The translations under genes were made by a program, and so were the position numbers. From the NCBI GenBank assembly GCA_048013815.1, contig CM106586.1:16058001-16122000 (forward strand): a stretch of 64,000 nt of DNA. The letters run 5' to 3'. Each line of letters starts with the position of its first letter. The stretch's first letter is position 1. The notes beneath the pieces are model-generated. The model ran no database searches. It saw only the letters and a list, made by a program, of their open reading frames with translations, and was not told the origin of the DNA. This DNA comes from Setoptus koraiensis. Taxonomy: Eukaryota > Animalia > Arthropoda. Positions 11,629 through 23,742 of the stretch are shown here, one piece after another.

Positions 11629-12525
11629 TTATCTCTTTTTTCTTCTCTCCGGTGTGTGTCCGTAGACGGCAAAGTTTAACTTTGGCTTAGTCGCTAGTCT
11701 TTCCGATCTCCTCGGCGTCCCCAGAGACATTTGTTCCAATCGATCTAATAGCTGGTTGACCTTAAGTTCTGACTTAGGTTCTGATTCAGGCATGGATCCA
11801 GGCTCGGCTTCAAATTCGGTTTCTGATTCGGCTTCAGGTTCGGTTTCTGATTCTGCTTCAGGTTCGGCTTCGGGTTCGACTTCGAGTTCAGAGTCGGACT
11901 CGGCTTCAGGTTCGGTTTCTGATTCGGCTTCTGGTTCGGCTTCTGGTTCGGCTTCTGGTTCGGCTTCTGGTTCGGCTTCTGGTTCGGCTTCTGGTTCGGC
12001 TTCTGGTTCGGCTTCGGGTTCGACTTCGAGTTCAGAGTCGGACTCGGCTTCAGGTTCGGTTTCTGATTCGGCTTCAGGTTCGGCTTCTGGTTCGGCTTCT
12101 GGTTCGGCTTCAGGTTCGGCCTCTGGTTCGGCTTCAAATTCGGGGTCTGACTCGGTTTTTGGTTGTTCCAATCGATCTAATAGTTGGTTGACCTTAAGTT
12201 CTGACTTAGGTTCTGATTCAGGCATGGATCCAGGCTTGGCTTCGAATTCGGTTTCTGCTTCTGCTTCAGGTTCGGCTTCGAGTTTGGCTTTTGGTTCGGC
12301 TTCTGGTTCGGCTTCTTCTTCTGCTTCAGCTTCAGCTTCTGCTTCGGCTTCTGCTTCGGGTTCCGCTTCAGGTTCAAAGTCGGACTCGGCTTTGAGTTCG
12401 GCTTCCGGTTCGGTCTCGGGCTCGACTTCGGGTTCGGCTTCAAGTTCAGAGTCGAACTCGGCTTCTGATTTGGCTTCGGCCTCATAGTCTAACTCAAGAT
12501 CTGAAAGAGATGATATGTCAGACAT
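11629..12525 (-). CDS. Highly acidic EPEA-repeat protein with a basic C-terminal tail (orphan, 298 aa)
   Basis: ATG-started ORF with non-repetitive N- and C-termini in frame with 12-bp tandem repeats; AT-rich TATA-like divergent promoter near 12640-12660. Confidence 0.65.
   Translation of the reverse strand: MSDISSLSDLELDYEAEAKSEAEFDSELEAEPEVEPETEPEAELKAESDFEPEAEPEAEAEAEAEAEAEEEAEPEAEPKAKLEAEPEAEAETEFEAKPGSMPESEPKSELKVNQLLDRLEQPKTESDPEFEAEPEAEPEAEPEAEPEAEPEAESETEPEAESDSELEVEPEAEPEAEPEAEPEAEPEAEPEAEPEAEPEAESETEPEAESDSELEVEPEAEPEAESETEPEAESETEFEAEPGSMPESEPKSELKVNQLLDRLEQMSLGTPRRSERLATKPKLNFAVYGHTPERRKKR
11790..12480. repeat. 12-bp tandem repeat (TTCGGCTTCTGG and variants) with higher-order duplications
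   Basis: Direct reading; a ~95-bp block at 11731 recurs at 12163 with 3 mismatches. Confidence 0.95.
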
Positions 12526-12829
12526 TGTTTACGCTTATCGGATAGGTAACTGATAAGATATGTGATTCTTTGAGAGGTAATATTAAATTGAACATCGATG
12601 AGAAATGAGACTAACTAAAAATTACGTGCATGCGCATAATCTATATAAATATATATTTATGTGCCGCTCAAATTGTTGCATGAAAGTTGGATATTACACG
12701 CAACATTCGCAAACTCAATAACTTGGACAAAAACTATAGCACTTGAGAAAATCTCATTCCAGAAAATATATATACGCATATCAATATAAAAATACCATTG
12801 AATTTCAAGACCAAAATCCATGAAATAAA

Positions 12830-13651
12830 ATGTCTGAAGAAGATCCAAGAAGTATTATTTTAGACATGTCCGAGAAATGTCAAGCTCTGGAGATAAAACT
12901 TTGCAAATTGATAAGCTCCACCAATGCTAAGCGCGTACATTTATCAAATTTTCATGATGAGTACCAGCAATTGACAGAACAATTTGAAAAATTCCTGGGC
13001 GATCACGAGTCAGTAAAGAGAGACGAGCTTGTGAGAGCAAAGAGAGAAAATGAGGACCTGGAAAAAAAGTTGACAAACATTACACGGCTCAATTCACAAC
13101 TATCGCAACAAGTTCAATCAAGGCGCCTCGGAACCTTTGATCAAAGAGAGGACGAAACGGGCAAGTCAGTCGAGGATCTGGAAGATGTATATAGCATATC
13201 GAAGAATTACGGACATGTCGAAGAGTGTTCCAGTAATCTTGTTCATCGGTGCGAGGAAGCCCAACAGGAACTGGATAAGATCAAATTAGAAACGGAAAAG
13301 CTTGTATCAGAGATGCAATCATTGAATCAGGTCCTGTCTAAGAATGATGCCATAATTCAGGTATCACAAATGCAAAATAAACTAGCGGAACAGCAATTGG
13401 ATACGATGGCTCTGCACTTGCCATATGAACCAATAGAGGAGTCCGTTTTGAGTGCGTTAAAAAATTCGGATAATGCTGATATAAGGGCCACAGCAGGCAC
13501 TATTGCACAATACAAAATTAAGATTGCTGAGCTCAAGGTGTGCTTGGAGAACCAGGCAAAAGATAAATTAGCAATCCTAGATGAGCTAGTTTGTCATGTA
13601 AATATGTTTGCTAGGCGTAGAGAGGAGGCTCTTACAGTGGAGCAGCAATGA
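12830..13651 (+). CDS. Coiled-coil protein of unknown family (273 aa)
   Basis: Long ATG ORF with good context, rich in E/K/L/Q heptads; no recognised motif. Confidence 0.75.
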   Translation: MSEEDPRSIILDMSEKCQALEIKLCKLISSTNAKRVHLSNFHDEYQQLTEQFEKFLGDHESVKRDELVRAKRENEDLEKKLTNITRLNSQLSQQVQSRRLGTFDQREDETGKSVEDLEDVYSISKNYGHVEECSSNLVHRCEEAQQELDKIKLETEKLVSEMQSLNQVLSKNDAIIQVSQMQNKLAEQQLDTMALHLPYEPIEESVLSALKNSDNADIRATAGTIAQYKIKIAELKVCLENQAKDKLAILDELVCHVNMFARRREEALTVEQQ

Positions 13652-13736
13652 TTTATTTGATCAAGCGTTTCGGGCGCACGAACTGATTATTTGTTTTTTT
13701 TTCCAATAATAAATTGAAATTTGAAGAGTTTGTCGA

Positions 13737-14192
<456 letters not shown>

Positions 14193-14444
14193 TTATATGT
14201 ATATTTTTTTGTTTGTGTCTAATAATAATAATAATAATAATGTTTATGCGAATGACGTATCCGATTTGAGTAGATAGTTTGGATTGATCTGTGTGTATTA
14301 TTATTATTATTAATGCTGTAATAGCCTTGATGGTGTGATAGTAATAATAATATTAATATATAATAATAATATTAATATATAATAATAATAATATTGGTCG
14401 TTTAGATCTTTCGCTCCTGCTCTCTCACTTCTCCTTTCTTTTTT

Positions 14445-14481
<37 letters not shown>

Positions 14482-15301
14482 ACTCTCGGTCTCCCTGTAT
14501 TTTTATGTTAGAGGTTATATCATATTAGTAAACATACTGTTTTAGGGAAAGGCGATGCTGATTGGGTTGTATACCCATTGAATATAAGTGAAGGAGATAG
14601 AAGGAGCGAGAGAGTGCGAACATAACTCATACACAGGAGCAATTGTGTGCGTGAATCATCCAGCGTCGCACTAGTGAGCTGTACTTCGTCGGCGCGCATG
14701 CGTCAAGGGTCTAAAAAAGGCGCCAAGTTCGAAGGAATCGCAAACTTTGCTAAAGGCATCGGCCACACGGAGATTTATTGTCTTTTGAAATGAGCGCTAC
14801 TTCCAATTGCGCATGATCTACAGTTACAAGTAGTAGTAAAACAAGATTTGGATGTAGCCATGCTATGCACCAATGTCGCTGTGACCGCACGAAACACACT
14901 AAATCCCAAAGTGCGGCACAAACTGCGATGCTTGTGCCGTATTTGTGCGCAGTGTGCGACTTTTTTTTCTGCCGCTAGGGGCCACTTTTTGGCATCTGCT
15001 TCTGCCCAATGCGATTTGACCGTACAGTGAACATGCCTCACTGGTTGCGCCCAACTTATGAACTACTTTCGAGGCCATGGTCATACTGAGCATGCGCTAA
15101 TAATAGAAAGCGACGCCTGACGACGGAAAAGGCAAACACGGCGCACGAGGAGCACAGAAGGTTGTGCCGCAATGTGTGCGCCCGGAGATCTTGTGCGCAT
15201 TGTTCGGACCTAGCCACACCACTTTTTTAGCCTCTCCATGTTGCTTTTTTCCGGGTATATATAGATGTCCAAGTAGCACCTCACCACCCTTAATACATTT
15301 C

Positions 15302-15316
15302 AGATTTTTCCAGAAT
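15302..15316. promoter_or_regulatory. HSE-like element upstream of Hsp10
   Basis: aGATttTTCcaGAAt, one mismatch to a 3-unit HSE, about 75 bp before the ATG. Confidence 0.45.
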
Positions 15317-15391
15317 AACAAGTGCATCTCGCTCACATTTCTCTTACTTAATTGATATCTTGACAAGACTCAACATCTGAAAATTAAAATT

Positions 15392-15757
15392 ATGGCTTCA
15401 CAACTACTGCGACTTTTTTCGTCCAGCTCCATGTTAGCGATTCCAAGGAGACTAAATCATCAGGGATCAAAGCTAGCTCCTCTCTTTGACCGGGTTCTTG
15501 TCAAGAGACATGAATCAGAGACACAAACGAAGGGTGGAATAATGCTACCAGAGACAGCTCAATCCAAAACTCAAACTGGTACAGTTGTCGCCGTCGGCGA
15601 AGGAGCACGAATTAAGGAGGGAGGCTTTTTAAAACCAATCGTTCAGGTAGGCGACAAAGTTTTGTTGCCCGAATATGGTGGAAACAAGATTGAAATAAAC
15701 GGTGAAGCACATCATATCTATAGAGAAAGCGACATCATTGGAAGATGGACCTCATAG
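15392..15757 (+). CDS. HSPE1: Mitochondrial 10 kDa chaperonin Hsp10 with N-terminal extension
   Basis: PLFDRVLVKR, TKGGIMLPE and VGDKVLLPEYGG motifs. Confidence 0.97.
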   Translation: MASQLLRLFSSSSMLAIPRRLNHQGSKLAPLFDRVLVKRHESETQTKGGIMLPETAQSKTQTGTVVAVGEGARIKEGGFLKPIVQVGDKVLLPEYGGNKIEINGEAHHIYRESDIIGRWTS

Positions 15758-15835
15758 CAAGTATAAGAATGAGAATAATTGAGATGTCTATTTTGTCGTA
15801 GTTGTATAGTTTACACGTTTATTACCAGGCTTGTT

Positions 15836-18315
15836 TCACTTCCAAGCATTATTCAACGCCTTCTGTTGCGCCAGTCTCTTACTTACTACAGAGGCGATTA
15901 CTAAAAATGACAGTACTGCCGATATGAGTAAATGATCAAAGTCGTCCTTTAGGATGTCAAATGTTTTGGATGGTGTAACTCTTGTGAAAAACAAGTCTAA
16001 AGGGTATTAATAGAATCAAATATCACAAAATAAAAAGTTAGTTAGTATAAGTTTTGTTCATATCTCTCTTTGCACATTGCAACTTGGCCTGATTTCCTTA
16101 CCTAAACCATACACGAAGACCAGACAAGTTGATTCTAAATTGGCGCCTGCTGTCTGTATACCTCTGATACCAAAAACAGATTGGTTGTAGTTGATAGTGC
16201 TTTCAGAGAGTATTGGAATCTCGGGCATATATGGTATCAATCCCTCTTCCCTGTGCTCTGGCAAAATATTAATTGGACGTCTTGGATCTAGGAACATTTT
16301 GGGTAGCTCAAGAAGAGCGCCAGTGTGTAGCGCCATGATAATATTTTTGTTGGTCATACCCCTTTGAGTTGTCGTGTCCTTCATGGCGTTTATTCCACCT
16401 GGAAATATAAAGCTCTTATGCTCTATTAGTTTTGGCCTGATCGATGAGCGAGTGAGTGATGAAAAGTGAGTTCCGTTGGCCTGAGAAGATCCTTCGAAAA
16501 GTTCAACAGATGAGACTTCCATTCTTCGAACTTTACTGTTGAAATAGGAATAGACTAACCAATTTTCTGAATGAACTATTCTAGTTGGACCTTTGGTCTT
16601 TGGATGATTTACAGAATAAACTAGTGATCCAGTAACTCCATCTAAAAGATATATACTTGTGCTTGATTCCGGGTTACATGAATCATCACCCACTCCTTTG
16701 CTGACAATAGCTACTAAATTGGGATTTACATATTTGTATAAAATGCTTCTATCGCCAAGCACACGAGCAGGAGAATGGATTACTTCTTGTCTCCTCTTAA
16801 AAGCTATTTCTTCGATTTTTTCACCATTGACCATTGGAAAAACCCAGGTTACCTTTGATAGTATCTTTTGGCTAGATGGACCCGACAACTCAAACTTGTA
16901 CCCAACAAGCTGTGAGCGATCTTTCTCAACAACCGTCATAAAATAGTTTTGGTGTCTCACTTGGAATTTCTTCTCATATGACTTAGGAAATATATGCACT
17001 TTATCATGTTCATCCAATAAAATGATTCCTCTAGCCTCTTCAACCGAATCTGGTTCGAAAATGGAAATCTGCTTGATTCTAGGAAATTTGAGCTTCTCAA
17101 TACTGAGTCCTAGAATGGTGTTGAATGTCATTAGATGGCCCTCCGGATGAATTATCACTGCTTGTCCATGATTCGAGTGACGGGCCTCTCTCATGACAAT
17201 CAGAGTCGATTTTGTGTCATTTCCAACTGTGGAAAAGTCTTCATCATAAAGATGCCATACTATATTTCCAGTCAGACTATCTATTCCGAAGAGCTTTCCG
17301 TTAGTTGATACAGTTACAATGAGTTTGCGTAAGCCAAAGACATCCTTGCTTAAGTTTGTCTTATCAAGCATTACTGATGTAGCATCTTTTAGAGCGAATT
17401 TTTGAGCTTTAGTAGAGGCCCTAGCAACAATATCAATTAAGGCTTGAGGTCCTCTGGTGAAAAGAGATTTGACTTGGCCGACTTGAGTTGATATCCTCTT
17501 GATGAATTGATCTACAAAACTCATCTTAGTTTTGAATCCTAATTCGATTTCTGAGTCTTCTTTGGATAGAGGAAGTTCCACGAATTCAGCAGAGACTACA
17601 GATGCCAAAGACTCTTGCCTGGACCATAACTGCTGGCCAAAAGAATCCCATAGACTAAGCTCATCGTCTCTGAGATTTAAGAGCACTTGGCTAGGCTTAT
17701 CTTTTGTGTCTGTGTCCTCATATGCGACTGCAAACGCTTTGTAAACTAAGTCACTCTTAGGCAAGGTGTTTGGACGAATCTGAGTTTTCCAAACTATATC
17801 TAACAGATTGCCCGAATCTGCCGGAGAAGATTTTTTTCCTTTGACATTCTGATTCTGAGCGATAAGACCATTGTAAGGATTCCAGATAAATTCATCCCCA
17901 TTGGCGCAAGTCGTTTTTACATAACTGTCATCTGTTTTTGGGGATTCAATGACAGACATAGAGCTCAGAGTGCAACCATTTGGCAAAACCTGACGCCAAA
18001 TGATGGACCCATCTCGCATCCGGATATTAGCTATGACATTACTTTCTGTTGCCACCACTAAAGTGCCCGATTTGATTCGTGGATGAACAAACGCAACTCT
18101 ACCAACGTACTGTTGACGCCTGAAGGAGATGAAGGTAATTATTATTAGGGTCAGTTGCAATCGATAGATCTTCGTTTTACATCAATTGTCAATTATACAT
18201 ACCAGTCGAATTTGCCCGTCTGGTCTTCATAGAGGCAATGATATGTTTTAAATAGAGAACCTAAAAGCAATATAATGGATATAAACACGTTGGAATAATG
18301 AGTTGATATGGTCAT
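15836..18315 (-). CDS. EMC1: ER membrane protein complex subunit 1; exons 18203-18315, 16102-18119, 15836-15996 (763 aa)
   Basis: Signal peptide then [11 protein letters not shown]|RQQYVG; WSRQESLA; DUF1620 region ENWLVYSY; last exon [26 protein letters not shown]; both introns GT-AG and phase-compatible. Confidence 0.95.
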
Positions 18316-19471
18316 TCTGAATTGAATGAATATTGTTATCCTAAGTGACTACACAACAGACTAGTGCTACTATTGTGATTCAAAAGGTCCGTCGAAGGCA
18401 AAAGATCTAATTATATGAATAGGTTAATTAATAGTGAGTCTCACGGGGAATTCAGATTGACAAAAGAGACATGTGTTAAATGTTTTTTTTCCAGGTAGCA
18501 TAATAAACGAGCCGCGACTGCGCGACGATGAGAACAACTGTCATGCGAGATTCAATAGATTTCAGTAGAACGCTTGCTAGACTGAAAAGATAATTTTCGT
18601 CTACTTAAACAAGTCCTAGTTTAACACGTTACAATAGAGCATAAAAGTGGCAGAATGATGATAATATATGTTCTGGTGTAACCTAGATATGAATGAATTA
18701 GGTTACCAAGGTTATCTGTCGTTTGGAGGTATGTGTCAACTTTGGGTCCGTTATCTTCTTAATTGTGGCCGTGGAAAGGCTATGCTTGTACTGTGTGATC
18801 GCTTTCTGAAGCCCAAAACATCGATACAGACAAATTCCGCGAGGGCTGCGCTGCCGTAATATCTTCATGCACTGTAAATGTAGTGTTATGATGTAATGAT
18901 AACCTGCAGCATAACGAACGTAACAACAGGCGATCCCTACTCGACTCGCCTATCGACGCTAATCTGCTCCGAACTTGCAATCAAAAAGAAAACACTTTCA
19001 ACGGAACACTTCGGCATCCCGTGTGCATTTAAGAGCGTCGCAAGCGCGCCCAGCGGACTCTATCCACATCAATGCCCAGGGCACCAAATATCTATCACAT
19101 GGTGCCGTCTGCATGCACAATGTCAATGGGAGAACAATGCATGCTGATATACTACAAAACCAGAATACAATGCTATCGCGAATTGGCGGTTTGTTGATTT
19201 GAATTACGCGCTCACAGTCTGCCAAAATTGTTGTGTAGATGGTTAGTACTGCCATTGATCGCGAACCCATTCCTTTATTCGTTGCTTGGATCTTTTATTA
19301 GTCATGTACAATTATTATAATTACTACTATTATTGATACTATTATTATCACCAACCGAATCATCATTTATGACTAAACCAACTAAATAGAAACAACTACT
19401 AAAACAACAACAATCTCATTTTATCTTAAATTTATTATCTCTATTTATCGAGTATTAATTAACTAATAACA

Positions 19472-19741
19472 ATGGCGGAACGAAAGGCTGTCATAAAGAA
19501 TGCAGACATGATAGAATCGATGCAGGATGAAGCCGTTCAGACGGCCATCTCAGCCTTGGATAAATATAACATTGAGAAGGATATAGCTGCTTATATCAAA
19601 AAGGAATTCGACAAGAAATTCACGCCTACATGGCATTGTATAGTTGGAAGGAATTTTGGGTCTTATGTCACTCACGAGACGAAGCATTTCATATACTTTT
19701 ATCTTGGCCAAGTAGCCATTCTATTATTCAAATCAGGTTGA
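19472..19741 (+). CDS. DYNLL: Dynein light chain LC8 (cut up), intronless
   Basis: 89 aa; KAVIKNADM and [38 protein letters not shown]. Confidence 0.99.
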   Translation: MAERKAVIKNADMIESMQDEAVQTAISALDKYNIEKDIAAYIKKEFDKKFTPTWHCIVGRNFGSYVTHETKHFIYFYLGQVAILLFKSG

Positions 19742-19786
19742 TAAATAAACATTATTAGCACGGCTGCATACATTCAGACAGTTTGT

Positions 19787-20437
19787 CTATAGGCACCCGC
19801 AACTTGTCACGGTCATGTCCTTATAACTCTCGATTTGAAAACTATTGTTATCATCTGTATACACTAACAAATTTAATGGATGTAATTCTATTGGCGAACA
19901 ACAAGCAGGAGGAAATCTTTTGATTCCATTGGATAAAGACTGAATAATTGCATGATTTGTGGCATTTTGATGAGAGTTTAGCGGAAAGGAGCAATCTCCT
20001 TCGCAATAATTAAACGGAAGAGCCTTAGGTGCCAATATCCAATCCCATCCTAGCTCCTCTACATCAATAGTATATTGGTGAAGCTTGCATCTCTCTTTTA
20101 CTCTACTTTGTTGCACTCTCCTCTTTGGTCTAGATAACTTCGCTTTGTCATTCTTTTCTACATCTTCAAGTTGAGTAGTGTCGTCCAGCGAGCCTAGGTG
20201 TGTCGTCTGATCGAATATTTTAAATGGTCGCTCTAGTTCTCTTGCAGATTTTTTCAACAATTGTTTCATGCGATGGATGTTGTTTTTGAGTGAATGTGAA
20301 TCATTGTTAGTATTATTATTGATCCGCCCAATTTGCTTAGGTGCGAATTCGATGTTCATGGTATAAGCAACGATGATGAAAATGTTCAGTATAATTGATA
20401 GTATTGCCAAAAATTGTGATATTACTGGAGGATTCAT
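19787..20437 (-). CDS. TGF-beta/BMP family ligand (gbb/BMP5-8-like mature domain) with a very short prodomain, 216 aa
   Basis: Hydrophobic N-terminus, furin site RPKR, 7-Cys knot (C..YCEGDC..CC..CGC), FPLNSHQNATNHAIIQSL. ATG at 20437; the ORF track start is GTG. Confidence 0.93.
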   Translation of the reverse strand: MNPPVISQFLAILSIILNIFIIVAYTMNIEFAPKQIGRINNNTNNDSHSLKNNIHRMKQLLKKSARELERPFKIFDQTTHLGSLDDTTQLEDVEKNDKAKLSRPKRRVQQSRVKERCKLHQYTIDVEELGWDWILAPKALPFNYCEGDCSFPLNSHQNATNHAIIQSLSNGIKRFPPACCSPIELHPLNLLVYTDDNNSFQIESYKDMTVTSCGCL

Positions 20438-21970
20438 TATTGATGTCAGCACTTTACTACTTTACAATCTCACTTCAATAATCAAAGATTGCCTGTTCAT
20501 TATCTAATAATTAGCAAATAATCTACACTCACTACTCGCAACTAGATGAAAGTGATTTGTCTGTTCTCATTTACTAACTCAGGCATCCATGATGAGAAAC
20601 AAATCAACCGGTCAACTGAATCGAACTCGGGGTTCTATTGGGGCAGTATCTTTTCATATGGAATCTGATTCGATAGTTTCAGTCGATCGTAAACGTCCTT
20701 TAGATGTAACATGAACCCAATGTTTATTTAATAGATGCTTACGACCGACTTGTCCAATAAAGAATTCTATCTTCATTAGAAGAGAATCACCAACAAGTGA
20801 CAGCCAATGAAAACTCATTCAAGTTTACTTCATCATGACGACGGAATCAAAGTATTCGTAAACACGTCAATACAGATTCGACCACGATCTAACACCAAGT
20901 CAATAAATCTGTCGAGCAAATGTGCGATCAATTCCAGTCAACGCCTATAGACGAGTCTAGAGCAAGAAAATGTATTTATATTTCATCGATGTAGTCGATT
21001 GTTTTGCTAAGGATCCAAGGTCATCAACCGAGCTTCACACATAAACGCGGTTAAGAAACTGATGGCATAGTTTCTCTCTCGAATCGTCATCAAAACAAAT
21101 CATCATTGATCAGCCAAAAGCGATGTTCACCAGCAAGAATCTCTGCATGCTTATCAGGAATTTCATTTCATAATCTCTGTTTTTTGGCAGATAGAGCTTT
21201 CGCAATCTAAAATCGATTACGTTAAGTCGCTAGATGATCGTAAGCATTGAAGATGGATATTTGAGTGAAACTTTTCGACCGCGACGACCATCATGTAGGT
21301 GAATTGTGGATACTCTCACTAACTGCAATTGCAGTTACATCAAGTTAATCTGCGGTTCTTTGAACTGCCTCTTCAACTGCGCACACATTTGTTTGGAACT
21401 GTCATTTCGGCAGCAATTGAATCCCTTTATCCCGTTTTCCTATCCGTTTTTTGTCACTCTATATTCTTTTTATCTCTTGAAACGAATTTGCTGATCATGC
21501 TAAAACAAACCGGCAATCATATCTCGAATACTATTATTCTGTTACAATCAATATTAACATAATAACTTCAGCAATCAACATAGGGCTCACTTGGTTGAAT
21601 ATATTATTATTTCGAAGGAAAATTTGTTACCGATGCATTTGGGTTTAATCATCCAAATATTCAAATCAAATTAGCATCTATACAAGCCTAGATTGATAAT
21701 TGCGAAGCCAATCAAAATTATTCCAAAAACAAACATGATTGTACGATAAATACAACCGTATGATAAGCCAACGTTAGGCCTCTGTTTGTTTGTTTATGAT
21801 AGTATATCACAGCATTTATTTATCACAGATAATCTATCGATATTTATTATCACCATCATTATAATAATTGTATTTATTGTTGTGGTTCTTCTGAAAAACG
21901 CACGACCACCCGTTTTGGCACTAAGATCGATGTTACCTGTTATCATCGTCTATGAAAATATTATTAATTA

Positions 21971-23116
21971 ATGGACGTTATCAATAGGAAATTGCACAGG
22001 AGAAAACTGGGCTCGGATGAGGATGACCTCGATGAAAGACAGGCATTGATTATCGACGAATTCGATTCTAGTCATGCGAGCGACATAGATTTATTTGACA
22101 CAAGAGAAAACTCCAGCAAGCTAAGACCGAGACAGATTAAATTAGACAATTCTTCCAAAGATCAGCATGAACTTCAAAGTCTGAACAAGACCCGTGATTT
22201 AATTTCAGAGCCATTCACAGAGTTTATTTTTTACGATATTAAACCCGAGGATTCTCTGCACAATCTCTCTCTTCGCTACGCCTGTCCTGTTGCGAGTATC
22301 AAGAGGCTCAATGGTTTGATAGGTGATAGTGAATTTCATGCTCTAAAAAGGATTAAACTACCTTTGGGAAAATTTGGGATCCTCAACGATGTGATACTGC
22401 AACAACAACAACAGCTGAATAGTGAAATTAAAATAGGTGAGACGACCAACGAGCTTCAGCGACAGAACCACTATTCTATCAATTCTCCGGGCTCTGCCTT
22501 GTCTATACTACCAAGAAGTAGTAGTTACTCGCCACTGATAAAATACACCGGCTCTTCAGAAAGACTAGATGAGGCGAACACGAATCAAGACTACCACAAT
22601 AAGTGCCTTAACGATCAAGAAAACTCCGCTGGAAATTTCTTTCGTAGTAACGATATAAACATAAACATCATACAAGACGCTGACATTGGTGATTATGAAA
22701 TAGTCTCGGGGGATAATGGCGATAATCTAGATTCAGATGTACAAACAAATAATTCAATAAAGAATTATGTTGAGAGTGTTTTCGAGAATCTAGACCAACA
22801 TGTAGTCAAGGCCAAAGCAGCTATAGAGACTTCTGAACATAGGACCAATGACATCATCAAAAAGTTAGCCTCTGATCCATCTAGCGTATCAGACAATCCT
22901 ACATATATGAATCATTCAAGTCAAGACATAACGTCAAAGTTCCTCTCTTGTAATGACGGTGATTTTGGTCTTAGTATCAAATGTTTGTTAGTTTTTATAT
23001 TTGTAGTTTGTTTAATAGGTCCATTAATATATTTTATATACGTTGAAGACACACATGAACAACATGTAAAGCCCGCAGACAATATATCAGATCATTCAAA
23101 ATATACTAATAAGTAA
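21971..23116 (+). CDS. LYSMD3: LysM and transmembrane domain protein (LYSMD3/4-like)
   Basis: LysM YDIKPEDSLHNLSLRYACPVASIKRLNGL..IKLP and a single C-terminal TM helix. Confidence 0.88.
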   Translation: MDVINRKLHRRKLGSDEDDLDERQALIIDEFDSSHASDIDLFDTRENSSKLRPRQIKLDNSSKDQHELQSLNKTRDLISEPFTEFIFYDIKPEDSLHNLSLRYACPVASIKRLNGLIGDSEFHALKRIKLPLGKFGILNDVILQQQQQLNSEIKIGETTNELQRQNHYSINSPGSALSILPRSSSYSPLIKYTGSSERLDEANTNQDYHNKCLNDQENSAGNFFRSNDININIIQDADIGDYEIVSGDNGDNLDSDVQTNNSIKNYVESVFENLDQHVVKAKAAIETSEHRTNDIIKKLASDPSSVSDNPTYMNHSSQDITSKFLSCNDGDFGLSIKCLLVFIFVVCLIGPLIYFIYVEDTHEQHVKPADNISDHSKYTNK

Positions 23117-23376
23117 CAATAAAACCATACCAACTCAGAGATAACCAGAATTAAATTTTCAACAACAACAAAATCTTTACAACTCAACTCTTATCTCACA
23201 TGTATACAAAAGCAAGAACATTGCGAAACCACTAACGTCAACAGGTGTCGTTCATAGAATTCCGAGTGAAGTTTTCTCTGCAAATATTTCGAGTTTATCT
23301 TGAGAGACAAGAAATTAGGTTCATTTCAATATTGGCCTAGCAAATCATTAGTCAGATCAAATTGCTAAATAAACAG

Positions 23377-23514
23377 TCCAATTGCTAATACCAGCATCTA
23401 GAAAGCCCTTCAGTGTGGTGGGAGCACCTTTTTGCAAAGGATCTTCGACACCCGTCAGAAACAAAAGCTCCGTATGAATCCAAAGTTGCGATGACTTCAC
23501 TCATTCTCGCTTGT
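23377..23514 (-). pseudogene. Decayed inverted fragment of the ATP9 gene (source 57769-57908)
   Basis: 33 bp identical (ACAAGCGAGAATGAGTGAAGTCATCGCAACTTT), then ~85% identity with a 2-nt deletion; translates TGVEDPLQKGAPTTLKGFLDAGISNW versus [26 protein letters not shown]. Confidence 0.9.
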
Positions 23515-23742
23515 ATGTTTCGTTCAGCCCGCTGAATCTTCTCTTTTGACTGTATCAGCAGTGTTGTTGTTTTGAAACTGGCGCATCGAAGAAAATGCAA
23601 ATCATGAAAATAGGAAAAAATCCATGCGTTGTGGCGCTTGGGGGCCTATTACTGTATTTTCAGCTTGTTATAAACAATTCCGATCCCTTTGGATTCCATA
23701 TTGATCAGTAGGAGATTAGAATAAAATTGTCACATCACTGCC

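Noticed and set aside
11745-12487. Ser/Ala/Gly (+) and Asn/Gln/Lys/Pro (-) ORFs over the 12-bp repeat
   Set aside because: Shadow frames of a stop-free repeat; only 11629-12525 has in-frame unique flanks.
18500-19270. Several 60-90 aa ORFs between EMC1 and LC8
   Set aside because: No recognisable motif or consistent splice model; likely promoter/UTR.
20500-21900. Protein-like broken frames and an 18-bp palindrome (21320-21337)
   Set aside because: May be another fragment mosaic, but no source is identifiable and the palindrome is near chance expectation.
21971-23116. LysM domain as horizontal transfer
   Set aside because: LysM plus C-terminal TM is the standard metazoan LYSMD3/4 architecture.
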